A DNA stretch of 64,000 bases. Source: an uncultured Ectothiorhodospiraceae bacterium (GTDB lineage: Bacteria > Pseudomonadota > Gammaproteobacteria > JAABTG01). The notes below the pieces were generated by a model. That model searched no databases, was not told the DNA's origin, and was given only the letters and a program-made list of their open reading frames with translations. The DNA lies in NCBI GenBank assembly GCA_964439835.1, contig CAYTPQ010000001.1, positions 84,120 to 148,119 on the forward strand. Direction: 5' to 3'. Positions 19,105 to 27,370 of this stretch are shown piece after piece. The translations under genes were made by a program, and so were the position numbers. The stretch's first letter is position 1. Each line of letters begins with the position of its first letter.

Positions 19105-20172
19105 ATGCTGAGCGAGGCCAGGGGGAAGTTGAACCGTCTGCGGGCCCGCTGCGCGCCCTTCACCCTGCTCAGTGGGCCGCGCGCGGCCGAGGCCATCGAG
19201 TCCCTGGCCGTGTTCGAGCTCCGCCCCGGCGAGTCGGTCACCGTGCGGCCGGGGACGCGCACGGACTACCTGTACGTGGTGGAAGGGGAGGTCGAGGTCA
19301 CCCCACCGGGTGGCCCGTCTACCCGGTACGTGCCGAGCGACACGGACGTGCGGCCGATCGAGCTCGAGGCGGGAGGCCCGCCGCTGACCATCTCGTCCGA
19401 AGGGTCCGGCCTGCTGGCGCGGGCCGACGGCGACACCCTCGACTACCTGCTCAGCTGGGAGACCCTGGGCACGGGCCTTGGCATCGAGAGCGAGGCCCTG
19501 CAGGCGCGCCTCGCCGCCGTCCGACGCTCGCTTGCCTTCCGGCGCATGCCCCTGGAGTGCGTCGAGGAGGCCTTCCGGCGCATGCGCCAGGTGCAGGTCC
19601 GCGCCGGCGAAGAGGTGGTGCGGCTCGGCGAGCCGGGAGACGCCTTCTACATCATCGAGTCGGGCCGGGCCGAGGTCTGGCGGCCGGGTCTTTACGACGA
19701 GGTGCCCCACAAGGTCGACGAGATGGGCCCGGGCGAGGCCTTCGGGGAGGAAGCGCTGCTCACAGGCGATGTACGCGGGGCGACCGTCCGCATGATCGAG
19801 GACGGTACCCTCCTGGTCATGGACAAGGCCGACTTCGAGGCCCTGATCGGCGCGCCGATGGTCGAGCACGTGGAGGCGAACATCGCCCAGGCCTGCCTCG
19901 ACTCCGGGTACATCCCGCTCGACGTCCGCTACGGCGAGGAGTTCGAGGAGGGCCACATACCCGGCGCGTTCATCATCCCGCTGCCCGAGCTGCGTCACCG
20001 CTTTCACGAGCTCGACCCGGCCGCCCGCTATCTGGTGTACTGCCGCAGCGGACGCCGCAGCGCGGTGGCCGCCCTGCTCATGAAGCAGCGAGGGCTGCAC
20101 GCCGTGAGTCTGCGCGAGGGCATCCGCGGCTGGCCCTTCGCCACGGAGGTCTCGACTGTAATCGAGCTGTAA
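19105..20172 (+). CDS. Protein with two cNMP-binding-like domains and a C-terminal rhodanese (sulfurtransferase) domain.
   Basis: ATG at 19105 behind a GGGAGG RBS. The first cNMP-like domain is degenerate. The second is clear (GEPGDAFYIIESGRAEV, GPGEAFGEEALL). The rhodanese domain has an active-site Cys (YLVYCRSGRRS). Confidence 0.8.
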   Translation: MLSEARGKLNRLRARCAPFTLLSGPRAAEAIESLAVFELRPGESVTVRPGTRTDYLYVVEGEVEVTPPGGPSTRYVPSDTDVRPIELEAGGPPLTISSEGSGLLARADGDTLDYLLSWETLGTGLGIESEALQARLAAVRRSLAFRRMPLECVEEAFRRMRQVQVRAGEEVVRLGEPGDAFYIIESGRAEVWRPGLYDEVPHKVDEMGPGEAFGEEALLTGDVRGATVRMIEDGTLLVMDKADFEALIGAPMVEHVEANIAQACLDSGYIPLDVRYGEEFEEGHIPGAFIIPLPELRHRFHELDPAARYLVYCRSGRRSAVAALLMKQRGLHAVSLREGIRGWPFATEVSTVIEL

Positions 20173-20357
20173 CAATGCCCTGCTGTACTGCGCGGCTGGC
20201 GGCACGCGCTGGCGCACCGCCCGAGCTCCTCGAGCCGGTCCTCGCGCGCTGCCCCATGCGGACGCTGGCCCCCGGCGAGACCCTGCTCTCGCCCGCTGAG
20301 CCGAACCACCACCTCTACCGGCTGCCGGACGGGCGGCCGACTGACGCGCAGCAAGCG

Positions 20358-20460
20358 AAGGAACCACAGAGAGCACAGAGAGCACAGAGAGCACAGAGTA
20401 CACAGAGTTATCGGAGCTTCTGCTCTGTGCACTCTGTGGGCTCTGTGGTTCATAAACCAC
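20358..20460. repeat. Hairpin element B, built from tandem 9-bp units (AGAGAGCAC x3-4); same family as A and C.
   Basis: Left arm ACCACAGAGAGCACAGAGAGCACAGAGAGCACAGAGTACACAGAG at 20363-20407. A 15-nt loop. Right arm CTCTGTGCACTCTGTGGGCTCTGTGGTT at 20423-20450. The element lies immediately upstream of crp. Confidence 0.6.
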
Positions 20461-20481
20461 TCCTGACACCGAGAGGCGCAG

Positions 20482-21123
20482 ATGCTCGATAGGATCCCGC
20501 TCTTCGCGGCGCTGACGCCCGAGGCCGTCGCCACGCTCGAACAGCACTCGGCGGTGCGCAGCTTCCGCAAGAACACCGTGGTCATCCAGAAGGGCGACGA
20601 GAGCTCGACCCTGTACGCGGTGGTCGAGGGGCGGCTGAAGGTCTCGATCGCGGACAACGAGGGCAAAGAGGTCATCCTGAACACCCTCGGCCCGGGCGAC
20701 CACTTCGGCGAGCTGGCGATCCTGGGGGAGGGCCCGCGCACCGCGACGGTGATCACGCTGGAGGACTCGCGGCTCCTCACCATGTCGCGCTCGGCCTTCC
20801 TCGACTGCCTCGGCAAGCACCCCGACATCGCGCTGGCGCTGATCCGCCACCTGGCCGACCGGGTGGCCCAGCTGACCGAGCAGGTGGCGAGCCTGGCCCT
20901 GCGCGACGTCTACAGCCGGGTGCGCGAGACGCTGACGGCGAACGCGGTGGAGGCGGACGGCAAGCTGGTGACCGGCCGCTTCACCCAGAGTGAGATCGCG
21001 CAGATGGTCGGCTCCAGCCGCGAGATGGTCAGCCGGATCTTCAAGGAGCTGCGCGAGGGCGGCTACATCAGCCTGGACGACAAGCGGGTCACGATCCTGA
21101 AGAAGCTGCCGACGCGCTGGTAG
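20482..21123 (+). CDS. Crp/Fnr-family transcriptional regulator (cNMP-binding domain plus C-terminal HTH).
   Basis: 213 aa. cNMP domain motifs GPGDHFGELAIL and RTATVITL. C-terminal HTH SEIAQMVGSSREMVSRIFKELRE. Confidence 0.85.
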   Translation: MLDRIPLFAALTPEAVATLEQHSAVRSFRKNTVVIQKGDESSTLYAVVEGRLKVSIADNEGKEVILNTLGPGDHFGELAILGEGPRTATVITLEDSRLLTMSRSAFLDCLGKHPDIALALIRHLADRVAQLTEQVASLALRDVYSRVRETLTANAVEADGKLVTGRFTQSEIAQMVGSSREMVSRIFKELREGGYISLDDKRVTILKKLPTRW

Positions 21124-23932
21124 CGTCCCCCGCGGCACCGTCCGCACTGCCACCCGCAGCGCCCTCGGCCTGGCACGCCAGCCGACGGCCGACGACCGCC
21201 GCCAGGTTGAGCGAGAGCTGCGAGGTGATCCCGGGGAAGAGCCTACCGAGGTGCTGGACCCGGTTCCACTCGATCGACAGCGCCCGGGTCGCACCCACGG
21301 AAACGACGTCTGCGGTCCGCGGCGATTCGCACACCAGCGCGATCTCGCCGAACATCTCGCCCGGGCGCAGCTCGCGCACATGCCTGCGGGCCCCGTCGGA
21401 CGAGCGCTGCCAGACGCCGGCGGCGCCGTCCAGGATCACGAACATCTCCGACGCCCTCTCGCCCTGGCGGACGATCGCCTCGCCGCTCGCGTACTCGCGC
21501 AGGCCGCCGAGCAGCACCAGCTTCTTGACCTGCCAGGGCCGCAGGCCCCGAAAGAGCTCGCAGGTCCGGAGCACCTCCGGCCGGATCTGCAGCGTCAGGA
21601 GGTCGTAGAGCGTCACCAGCCGGACGGTGGAGATCAGGATGGGGAGCAGCAGGAGCGTCACCAGCAGGGCGACCAGCAGCACCATGGCGCTGAGCAGCCC
21701 GAAGTGGACGACCGGCGGGAAGCTCGACACCGCGAACACTGCGAAGCCGAGCGCTAGCGCCACCGCTGTGCTGACCATCGGCAGGACTTCGTCGCGCACG
21801 GTGTCCCGCAGCGCCTGGTCCTGATCGCCGTGGGCCTTGGTGTGCTGCTGGTAGCGGGCCATGAAGTGGAGATACAGCACGTCGCAGATCCCGAGAGAGA
21901 TCGACGCCACCATCGCCGTGCTGGTGTCGAGCGGGATCCCCAGGTACCCCATCACCCCGAACAGCGCCGCGATCGGGAACAGCATCGGCACGACGGCGAT
22001 GAGACCGGCCTTGGCGTTCACGTAGAGCAGCGAGACCACCAGCCAGATGACGAAGAACATCAGGGCGAGCGAGGAGGCCTGCCCGTAGGCGATGTTGTCG
22101 GTCGCCCGCTGGGCGAGCACCGCGTCGCCGGTGACCTCCACGTGCAGACCGGGGTCGATCTCACGCTCGACGAACGCCTCCAGCCCCGCCAGCGCCTCGC
22201 GCAGCTCACCCGAAGAGGACATGCCGTGGCGCACCAGGATCCGGGCCGTGCTGAAGTCGGCAGACACGTACGGGGCCACGTCCTTGTGGTCGACGAACAG
22301 CAGGTACTCGCGGACCACGTCGTCGGTCTCGGGCAGCCGCAGCTTGCCGGAGCGGTCCTCCTCCATCACCGCGTTCACGAACGCCACGAAGTCCGCGAAC
22401 GACATCGAGACGTCGAAGCGGCCGCTGGTCGCCAGGTACTCCTGGATCCGGCGCAGCTGCTGCAGGTAGTACACCTGCTGGAAGGTGCCGCGGATGTCCG
22501 CCCGGACCACGATGGAGAAGCTCTCGGCACCGGCGAGACTTGCGCGCAGTCGATCGAGGCGCTGCACCGTGGGCGAGTCGCTCGCGAAGTAGTCCAGGGG
22601 GTCGTTGTTCACGCGGACCTGGGCGGCGCCCCACAGCCAGGCCAGCGCCACGACCCCGAGCAGCCCGAGGGTCACCCAGCGGTGGGCGACGGCCGCCCCG
22701 ACCACGCGCACCGCGACCCGCTGCAGGCGGCCGTCGGCGAAGGTCCGCTCCCGCGCCGGACCGGCGGGGTGCCGCTCCGCGAGCGCCAGGTAGGCCGGGA
22801 TCAGGGTCACGGTGACCGCGAAGTTCAGCAGCAGGGCCGTGGACGAGACCAGTCCGAAGTCCCGCAGCAACTCGATGCCGCTCGCCGCGGTGGAGAGGAA
22901 GCCGACGTAGGTGGTGCCGAAGGTGAGCAGGACGGTCAGTCCCAGGCTGTCCCCCATCCTGAGGAGCGCCTCCCGGGTACCGATCCCCTCCTCCAGCCCG
23001 CCGTAGTAGTCGGCGATCAGGTGAGTGGCCTCGGAGGAACCGACGATCACGATGAGGGCGGGGACGATCGAGGTCAGGATGCTGACCGGGATCCCCACCG
23101 CCGCCATCAGCCCGAGGGTCCAGAGGATCGTGACACCACTTGTGAGCAGCGGGACGACGGCGGCGTTCGCCCGCCGCAGGGCCAGGGCCAGGGTCAGCAC
23201 CGAGACCCCGAGGGCGAGCGGGAGCACCCGCCACTGGTCGCGGTGGATGCTCTCCGTGATCGCCGCCCGCACGTAGGGCGAGCCGATCACGAAAGACTCC
23301 GCCAGGCTGCCCGCGAGGGGCCGCAGCGCCGCCTCGACCGCGGCGACCGCCTGCTCCTCGAAGTCGGCGGCCTCCGGCTTCCGCTGCAGCGAGACCAGCG
23401 CCACCATGGCCTGGCCATCGGTGGAGAGCAGGTTGCGCGCGACCAGCGGATTCCCCAGGGCGTCCCGCAGGACCTGCGCCGCCGCCTCCTCGGAGGCGGG
23501 GATCGGGTCCAGGTAGGGGCGGCTCGTCACCTGGCCGTCGACACTCTTGACGTTCTTCGCCGTGAACAGGCTCTCGACGTGAGCGACCTGGGGCAGCTCG
23601 GCAATCCGGTCGAGCACGGCCTTGACCTGGAGGAGCTTGGGCTCGGTCAGGAGGGCGGAGTCGCGGAAGAAGAGCGTCAGCGGCTCGTCCGCGCCGAAGG
23701 TCGCCTGGGTGCGGGCCAGCAGTGCCTTCGCCGGGTCACCCTGCAGGGTCATCCCCTCGGCGGAGATATGCAGGCGGAGGGACGGGAGTTGGGAGGCCGC
23801 GAGGGCGCTAAGCAGGACCAGCGCCAGGAGGACGCGCCAGGGGCGGGTTGCCGAGTAGCCGATGACCCGGTGCACCACGGAGCGCGTCCCTCGCTGGCAC
23901 CGGCCTGCAACCGGCACGGCGGAGTATAGCAA
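21089..23932 (-). CDS. MMPL/RND-superfamily (SSD) transporter with a C-terminal cytoplasmic cNMP-binding domain.
   Basis: 947 aa. Two 6-TM MMPL repeats with large periplasmic loops. C-terminal LFRGLRPWQVKKL...GEMFGEIALV...RTADVVS is a CAP-type cNMP domain. The 3' end overlaps convergent crp by about 35 nt. Confidence 0.8.
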   Translation of the reverse strand: MLYSAVPVAGRCQRGTRSVVHRVIGYSATRPWRVLLALVLLSALAASQLPSLRLHISAEGMTLQGDPAKALLARTQATFGADEPLTLFFRDSALLTEPKLLQVKAVLDRIAELPQVAHVESLFTAKNVKSVDGQVTSRPYLDPIPASEEAAAQVLRDALGNPLVARNLLSTDGQAMVALVSLQRKPEAADFEEQAVAAVEAALRPLAGSLAESFVIGSPYVRAAITESIHRDQWRVLPLALGVSVLTLALALRRANAAVVPLLTSGVTILWTLGLMAAVGIPVSILTSIVPALIVIVGSSEATHLIADYYGGLEEGIGTREALLRMGDSLGLTVLLTFGTTYVGFLSTAASGIELLRDFGLVSSTALLLNFAVTVTLIPAYLALAERHPAGPARERTFADGRLQRVAVRVVGAAVAHRWVTLGLLGVVALAWLWGAAQVRVNNDPLDYFASDSPTVQRLDRLRASLAGAESFSIVVRADIRGTFQQVYYLQQLRRIQEYLATSGRFDVSMSFADFVAFVNAVMEEDRSGKLRLPETDDVVREYLLFVDHKDVAPYVSADFSTARILVRHGMSSSGELREALAGLEAFVEREIDPGLHVEVTGDAVLAQRATDNIAYGQASSLALMFFVIWLVVSLLYVNAKAGLIAVVPMLFPIAALFGVMGYLGIPLDTSTAMVASISLGICDVLYLHFMARYQQHTKAHGDQDQALRDTVRDEVLPMVSTAVALALGFAVFAVSSFPPVVHFGLLSAMVLLVALLVTLLLLPILISTVRLVTLYDLLTLQIRPEVLRTCELFRGLRPWQVKKLVLLGGLREYASGEAIVRQGERASEMFVILDGAAGVWQRSSDGARRHVRELRPGEMFGEIALVCESPRTADVVSVGATRALSIEWNRVQHLGRLFPGITSQLSLNLAAVVGRRLACQAEGAAGGSADGAAGDATSASAASSGS

Positions 23933-24067
23933 CCCAGGTTAAGGAACCTGGCGACCCGCCGTCGCCCGGGGTCGGCGCCCGGGTTGTGGGATCTGGTGAC
24001 CTCCGGACTCCGCCGGGATGGTGGGACCGCCGCTTCCGCGGCGGCCCCGCGCGACGTCTCCCGGGAC

Positions 24068-24790
24068 CTACCGCTTGATCGCCCCGCGGTCGTCGGCCGC
24101 GACCTCGGCCAGACCCACCTGCTCCAGAAGGGCCGCGCGCTGGGCGCGCAGGCCGGCGTCGTTCGGGTTGCGGTCGATGAGCCGGGTGAGGGCGTCGAAG
24201 GCGTCGTACCAGAGCCCGGCCTCGGCGTAGAGCGCGGGCCGGGCGCGCTCGTTGGCCGCAGCGATGCGCGAGCGGGTCGTCGCATCGGCGGCAACGCGGC
24301 GAACGGTACCGCCCGCCGTGCTGTCGAGCGAGCGCTGGGCCGGGTCGCGGACCACCGACACGAACCACTGGTACTCCACGTCGGGCTTCAGGGTGATCCC
24401 CTGGCTCGCCAGGGGCACGGCGTGCAGGCCGGCAGACCCCGGAGCAGACAGTTTGCGCTCCAGGACCGGCTTCTCGGCGCCGTCGATCATCAGCGTCACC
24501 TCCACCGGCCCGTCCACCGGGCCCGAGGTGTACCAGTAGAGCGTGGGCTGAGCCTGGGTCGTCAGGCCGGTGTGGTCCGGGGCCAGCACCTCGACCGAGA
24601 CGTTCGACGGGTCAGCGCCGCGGGTGCCCCCGCCGACCCGGCTGGCCGGGGCGCCGCGCATGGGCGGCTTGTAGACCAGGGGGGACGCGTCGGCGCCAGT
24701 GGCCGCGGGGTCCGCAGCGAGAGCCGGGGCCGAAAGCCCGAAAATGCAGGAGAGTGCGAGGACGCTCGCCGATACCTTCCAGGTGCTCAT
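24068..24790 (-). CDS. Secreted DUF928-domain protein.
   Basis: Signal peptide MSTWKVSASVLALSCIFGLSAPALA. The PPMRGAPASRVGGGTRG motif is characteristic of DUF928. GGAGG RBS. Confidence 0.75.
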   Translation of the reverse strand: MSTWKVSASVLALSCIFGLSAPALAADPAATGADASPLVYKPPMRGAPASRVGGGTRGADPSNVSVEVLAPDHTGLTTQAQPTLYWYTSGPVDGPVEVTLMIDGAEKPVLERKLSAPGSAGLHAVPLASQGITLKPDVEYQWFVSVVRDPAQRSLDSTAGGTVRRVAADATTRSRIAAANERARPALYAEAGLWYDAFDALTRLIDRNPNDAGLRAQRAALLEQVGLAEVAADDRGAIKR

Positions 24791-24913
24791 TGCTCGATAC
24801 CTCCGCCTTCTGACCAGGCCGCCGGTGGGTACCGGCGCACATTAACCTGGGTTACAGGGTCAAGCATAGGGGGCCGGCACCCCGCCGGCTGCCCCGGGGG
24901 GTCACAGACCGGG

Positions 24914-24943
24914 TGTGACGTATTCACGTGTGAATAGGTCACA
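24914..24943. promoter_or_regulatory. 30-bp near-perfect palindrome with CRP-like half sites, in the divergent DUF928 / hypothetical-gene intergenic region.
   Basis: TGTGACGTATTCACGTGTGAATAGGTCACA: outer half sites TGTGAC...GTCACA and inner half sites TTCACGTGTGAA. An extra GTCACAG lies at 24901-24907. Confidence 0.4.
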
Positions 24944-25028
24944 GCGCCGGCCGGCACTGGCGCACCTGTGTCTCTTGGCCCGCCTGCCACACTTTGCTCA
25001 AGACGTGACGAACCGGAGTGAAGGCACC

Positions 25029-25331
25029 ATGACCGCGACCATCGCAACCCTCGAGCCCGTCTCCAGCTGGTGGCAGACCCTCGGCCTGGGCAGCGTCTGG
25101 GGCTTCGGCCGCGACTCCGGGCGCTCAGTCCGCCGCCCCAGCAGCGTCAGCACAAAGGGCACCGATACCCACTACGCCGGGCGCCGGATGCGGGTCGGCA
25201 CCGGCTACTGCGGGACCGTCGAGCTGACCGGCCGCTACACGCTGAGCCCGCATACCGAGGTGCGGCTCTACGAGGACACCGAGGGCCGTCTTCACTACCT
25301 GGCCAATCTGCGGCCGGCCGCCAGCGCCTAG
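25029..25331 (+). CDS. Hypothetical protein.
   Basis: ATG within ORF 24915-25331 (MTATIATLEP...). No recognisable domain. Coding status uncertain. Confidence 0.3.
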   Translation: MTATIATLEPVSSWWQTLGLGSVWGFGRDSGRSVRRPSSVSTKGTDTHYAGRRMRVGTGYCGTVELTGRYTLSPHTEVRLYEDTEGRLHYLANLRPAASA

Positions 25332-25403
25332 GGCTCGATGGCACGCTTCTAGCTTCCCGGTACGGGCGCCTCACGCCCCATCGGCCCTGGGAGACCCCGC
25401 ACC

Positions 25404-27239
25404 GTGAAGACCGAGACCCTCCAGCATTCCCCGATCCAGCGTTACCTGGACACCCTGCACGCCGAACTGGCGGACCTGCGGGGCGGCGAGGTCGCCAGCT
25501 ACATCCCGGAACTCTCCCACGCCGACCCCGAGTGGTTCGGCATCGCGCTGGTGACCGTCGACGGCCACGTCTACCAGTCCGGGCAGAGCCGCCAGCCCTT
25601 CACCGTACAGTCGATCTCCAAGGCCCTGGTCTACGGCCTGGCGCTGGACGACCACGGGGTCGACCCGGTACTGGCCAAGGTGTGGGTGGAGCCCTCGGGC
25701 GAGGCCTTCAATTCGATCAGCCTGGAGCCCGGTACCGGCCGGCCCCGCAACCCGATGATCAACGCCGGCGCCATCGCCACTGCCGGGCTGATCAAGCGCG
25801 AGGAGAGCCTCGGGCCGATGCAGCGCATCCTCGCGGCCTTCGCCCGCTATACCGGGCACCCTGCCGAGGTCGACGAGAAGGTCTACTTGTCGGAGAAGGA
25901 GACGGGGCACCGCAACCGCGCCATCGCCCACCTCCTGCTCGGCCACGGGATCCTGGACCGGGAGCCCGAGGAGGTGCTCGACATCTACTTCCAGCAGTGC
26001 TCGATCCTGGTCACCGCTCGCGACCTGGCGCTGATGGGCGCCTGCCTCGCCAACAGCGGCGTCAACCCCATCACCGGCGTCCAGGCCCTGAAGAGCGAGC
26101 ACGTGGAGAAGGTCCTGAGCGTCATGACCTCCTGCGGCATGTACGACTACTCGGGCGCCTGGATCTACGACGTCGGCATGCCCGCGAAGAGCGGCGTCGG
26201 CGGCGGGATCCTGGCCGTGCTGCCGGGGCAGTTCGGGCTCGGCGTGTTCTCGCCGCCGCTGGATGCCAAGGGCAACAGCGTGCGCGGCATCGAGGCGTGC
26301 AAGCGGATCTCCCGGGACTTCAAGCTGCACGTCTTCAACGTCGCCCACTCCACCTCGAACACCGCCATCCGCGTGCGCTACGACGCCACCACGGTGCGCT
26401 CGCGGCGGGTGCGCCCGGCCGACGAAGTCGCGGCGCTCAACGAGCACGGCAACCGGATCCAGGTCTATGAGCTGCAGGGCGAGCTGCGCTTCGGCGCCGC
26501 CGAGTCGATCGTCCAGCAGATCCTGGAGGGCGCGGAGAGCCTCGACTACCTGGTGGTCGACCTGAAGCGCGTGTTCGAGCTCGACCACGCGACGCGGGAG
26601 ATCTTCGCCCGGCTGGCCGACGCGATGGAGGCCGCCGGCAAATCGGTGCTGTTCGCCCACACCCGCGAGCACTACCGGTTCCGCCGGCACCTGCTGCGGC
26701 ACTTCCCCGACGCCGAGATGGGCCCCCTCCTGGCGCACGACGACGTGGATCACGCACTCGAGTGGTGCGAGGAGCACCTCCTGCGCGACAAGCTGGGGCA
26801 TGCCCCGGGCGCGGCACAGGTCGGCGGGTGCGCCGACCAGTTCCTCTGCCGGGGCATGACGGCGACCGAGATCGGGTCGCTCCAGAGCAAGGCCCGCCAG
26901 GTCCGCTTTGCCAAGGGCGAGTCCGTGTTCCGCGCCGGCGACGCGGCGGACTCCTTCTTCTTCATCCTGAGCGGGGAGGTGGAGGTGTACGTCGCCACGG
27001 ACTCCCGGCGCGAGGTCCGCCTGGCCACGCTGGGCGCCGGCAACGCCTTCGGCGAGCTGTCGATGCTGGATCAGCGCCGGCGCACCGCCGACGTGCGCGC
27101 CGTGGTGGACACCGAGTGCCTGGAGGTCCACTTCGACGTCCTGGACGAGGCCGTGAAAACGCGCCTCCTGCTGAACCTGGCCGCCCAGCTCGCCCAGCGG
27201 CTCAGCCGCGACGCCAAGGAGATCCGGCAGCTCGGCTAA
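25404..27239 (+). CDS. glsA: Glutaminase (GlsA-type serine-dependent beta-lactamase fold) fused to STAS and cNMP-binding domains.
   Basis: Glutaminase motifs QSISK and NPMINAGAI. A middle STAS-like segment (LDYLVVDLKRVFELDHA). C-terminal CAP-type cNMP domain (FILSGEVEVYV, GAGNAFGELSML, RTADVRA). Confidence 0.85.
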   Translation: MKTETLQHSPIQRYLDTLHAELADLRGGEVASYIPELSHADPEWFGIALVTVDGHVYQSGQSRQPFTVQSISKALVYGLALDDHGVDPVLAKVWVEPSGEAFNSISLEPGTGRPRNPMINAGAIATAGLIKREESLGPMQRILAAFARYTGHPAEVDEKVYLSEKETGHRNRAIAHLLLGHGILDREPEEVLDIYFQQCSILVTARDLALMGACLANSGVNPITGVQALKSEHVEKVLSVMTSCGMYDYSGAWIYDVGMPAKSGVGGGILAVLPGQFGLGVFSPPLDAKGNSVRGIEACKRISRDFKLHVFNVAHSTSNTAIRVRYDATTVRSRRVRPADEVAALNEHGNRIQVYELQGELRFGAAESIVQQILEGAESLDYLVVDLKRVFELDHATREIFARLADAMEAAGKSVLFAHTREHYRFRRHLLRHFPDAEMGPLLAHDDVDHALEWCEEHLLRDKLGHAPGAAQVGGCADQFLCRGMTATEIGSLQSKARQVRFAKGESVFRAGDAADSFFFILSGEVEVYVATDSRREVRLATLGAGNAFGELSMLDQRRRTADVRAVVDTECLEVHFDVLDEAVKTRLLLNLAAQLAQRLSRDAKEIRQLG

Positions 27240-27249
27240 ACGCCCCCGA

Positions 27250-27370
27250 ACATGGTGTGCGGCGGAAGCCGCACCTACGGGTCTGCTGTAGGGCCGCCGC
27301 AGGGCCGGCTTTAGCCGGCCATTCCTCCGTAGGCCCGGCCACCCCGTGCGGCTGAAGCCGCACCTACGGG
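27250..27370. repeat. REP/BIME-like palindromic elements between convergent genes.
   Basis: Two copies of GTGCGGC(N4)GCCGCACCTACGGG (27255-27281, 27345-27369) flank GGCCGGCTTTAGCCGGCC (27307-27324). The same two motifs recur at 43534-43558 and 43584-43601. Confidence 0.5.

Noticed and set aside
20363-20450. Considered the tandem 9-mers (AGAGAGCAC x4) as a possible CRISPR array or coding heptad repeat.
   Set aside because: Units are 9 bp with no spacers. The arms are inverted complements forming a hairpin, with no cas genes. The ORF translations (TLCTLCSLCSL, TKDTKDTKD) are by-products.
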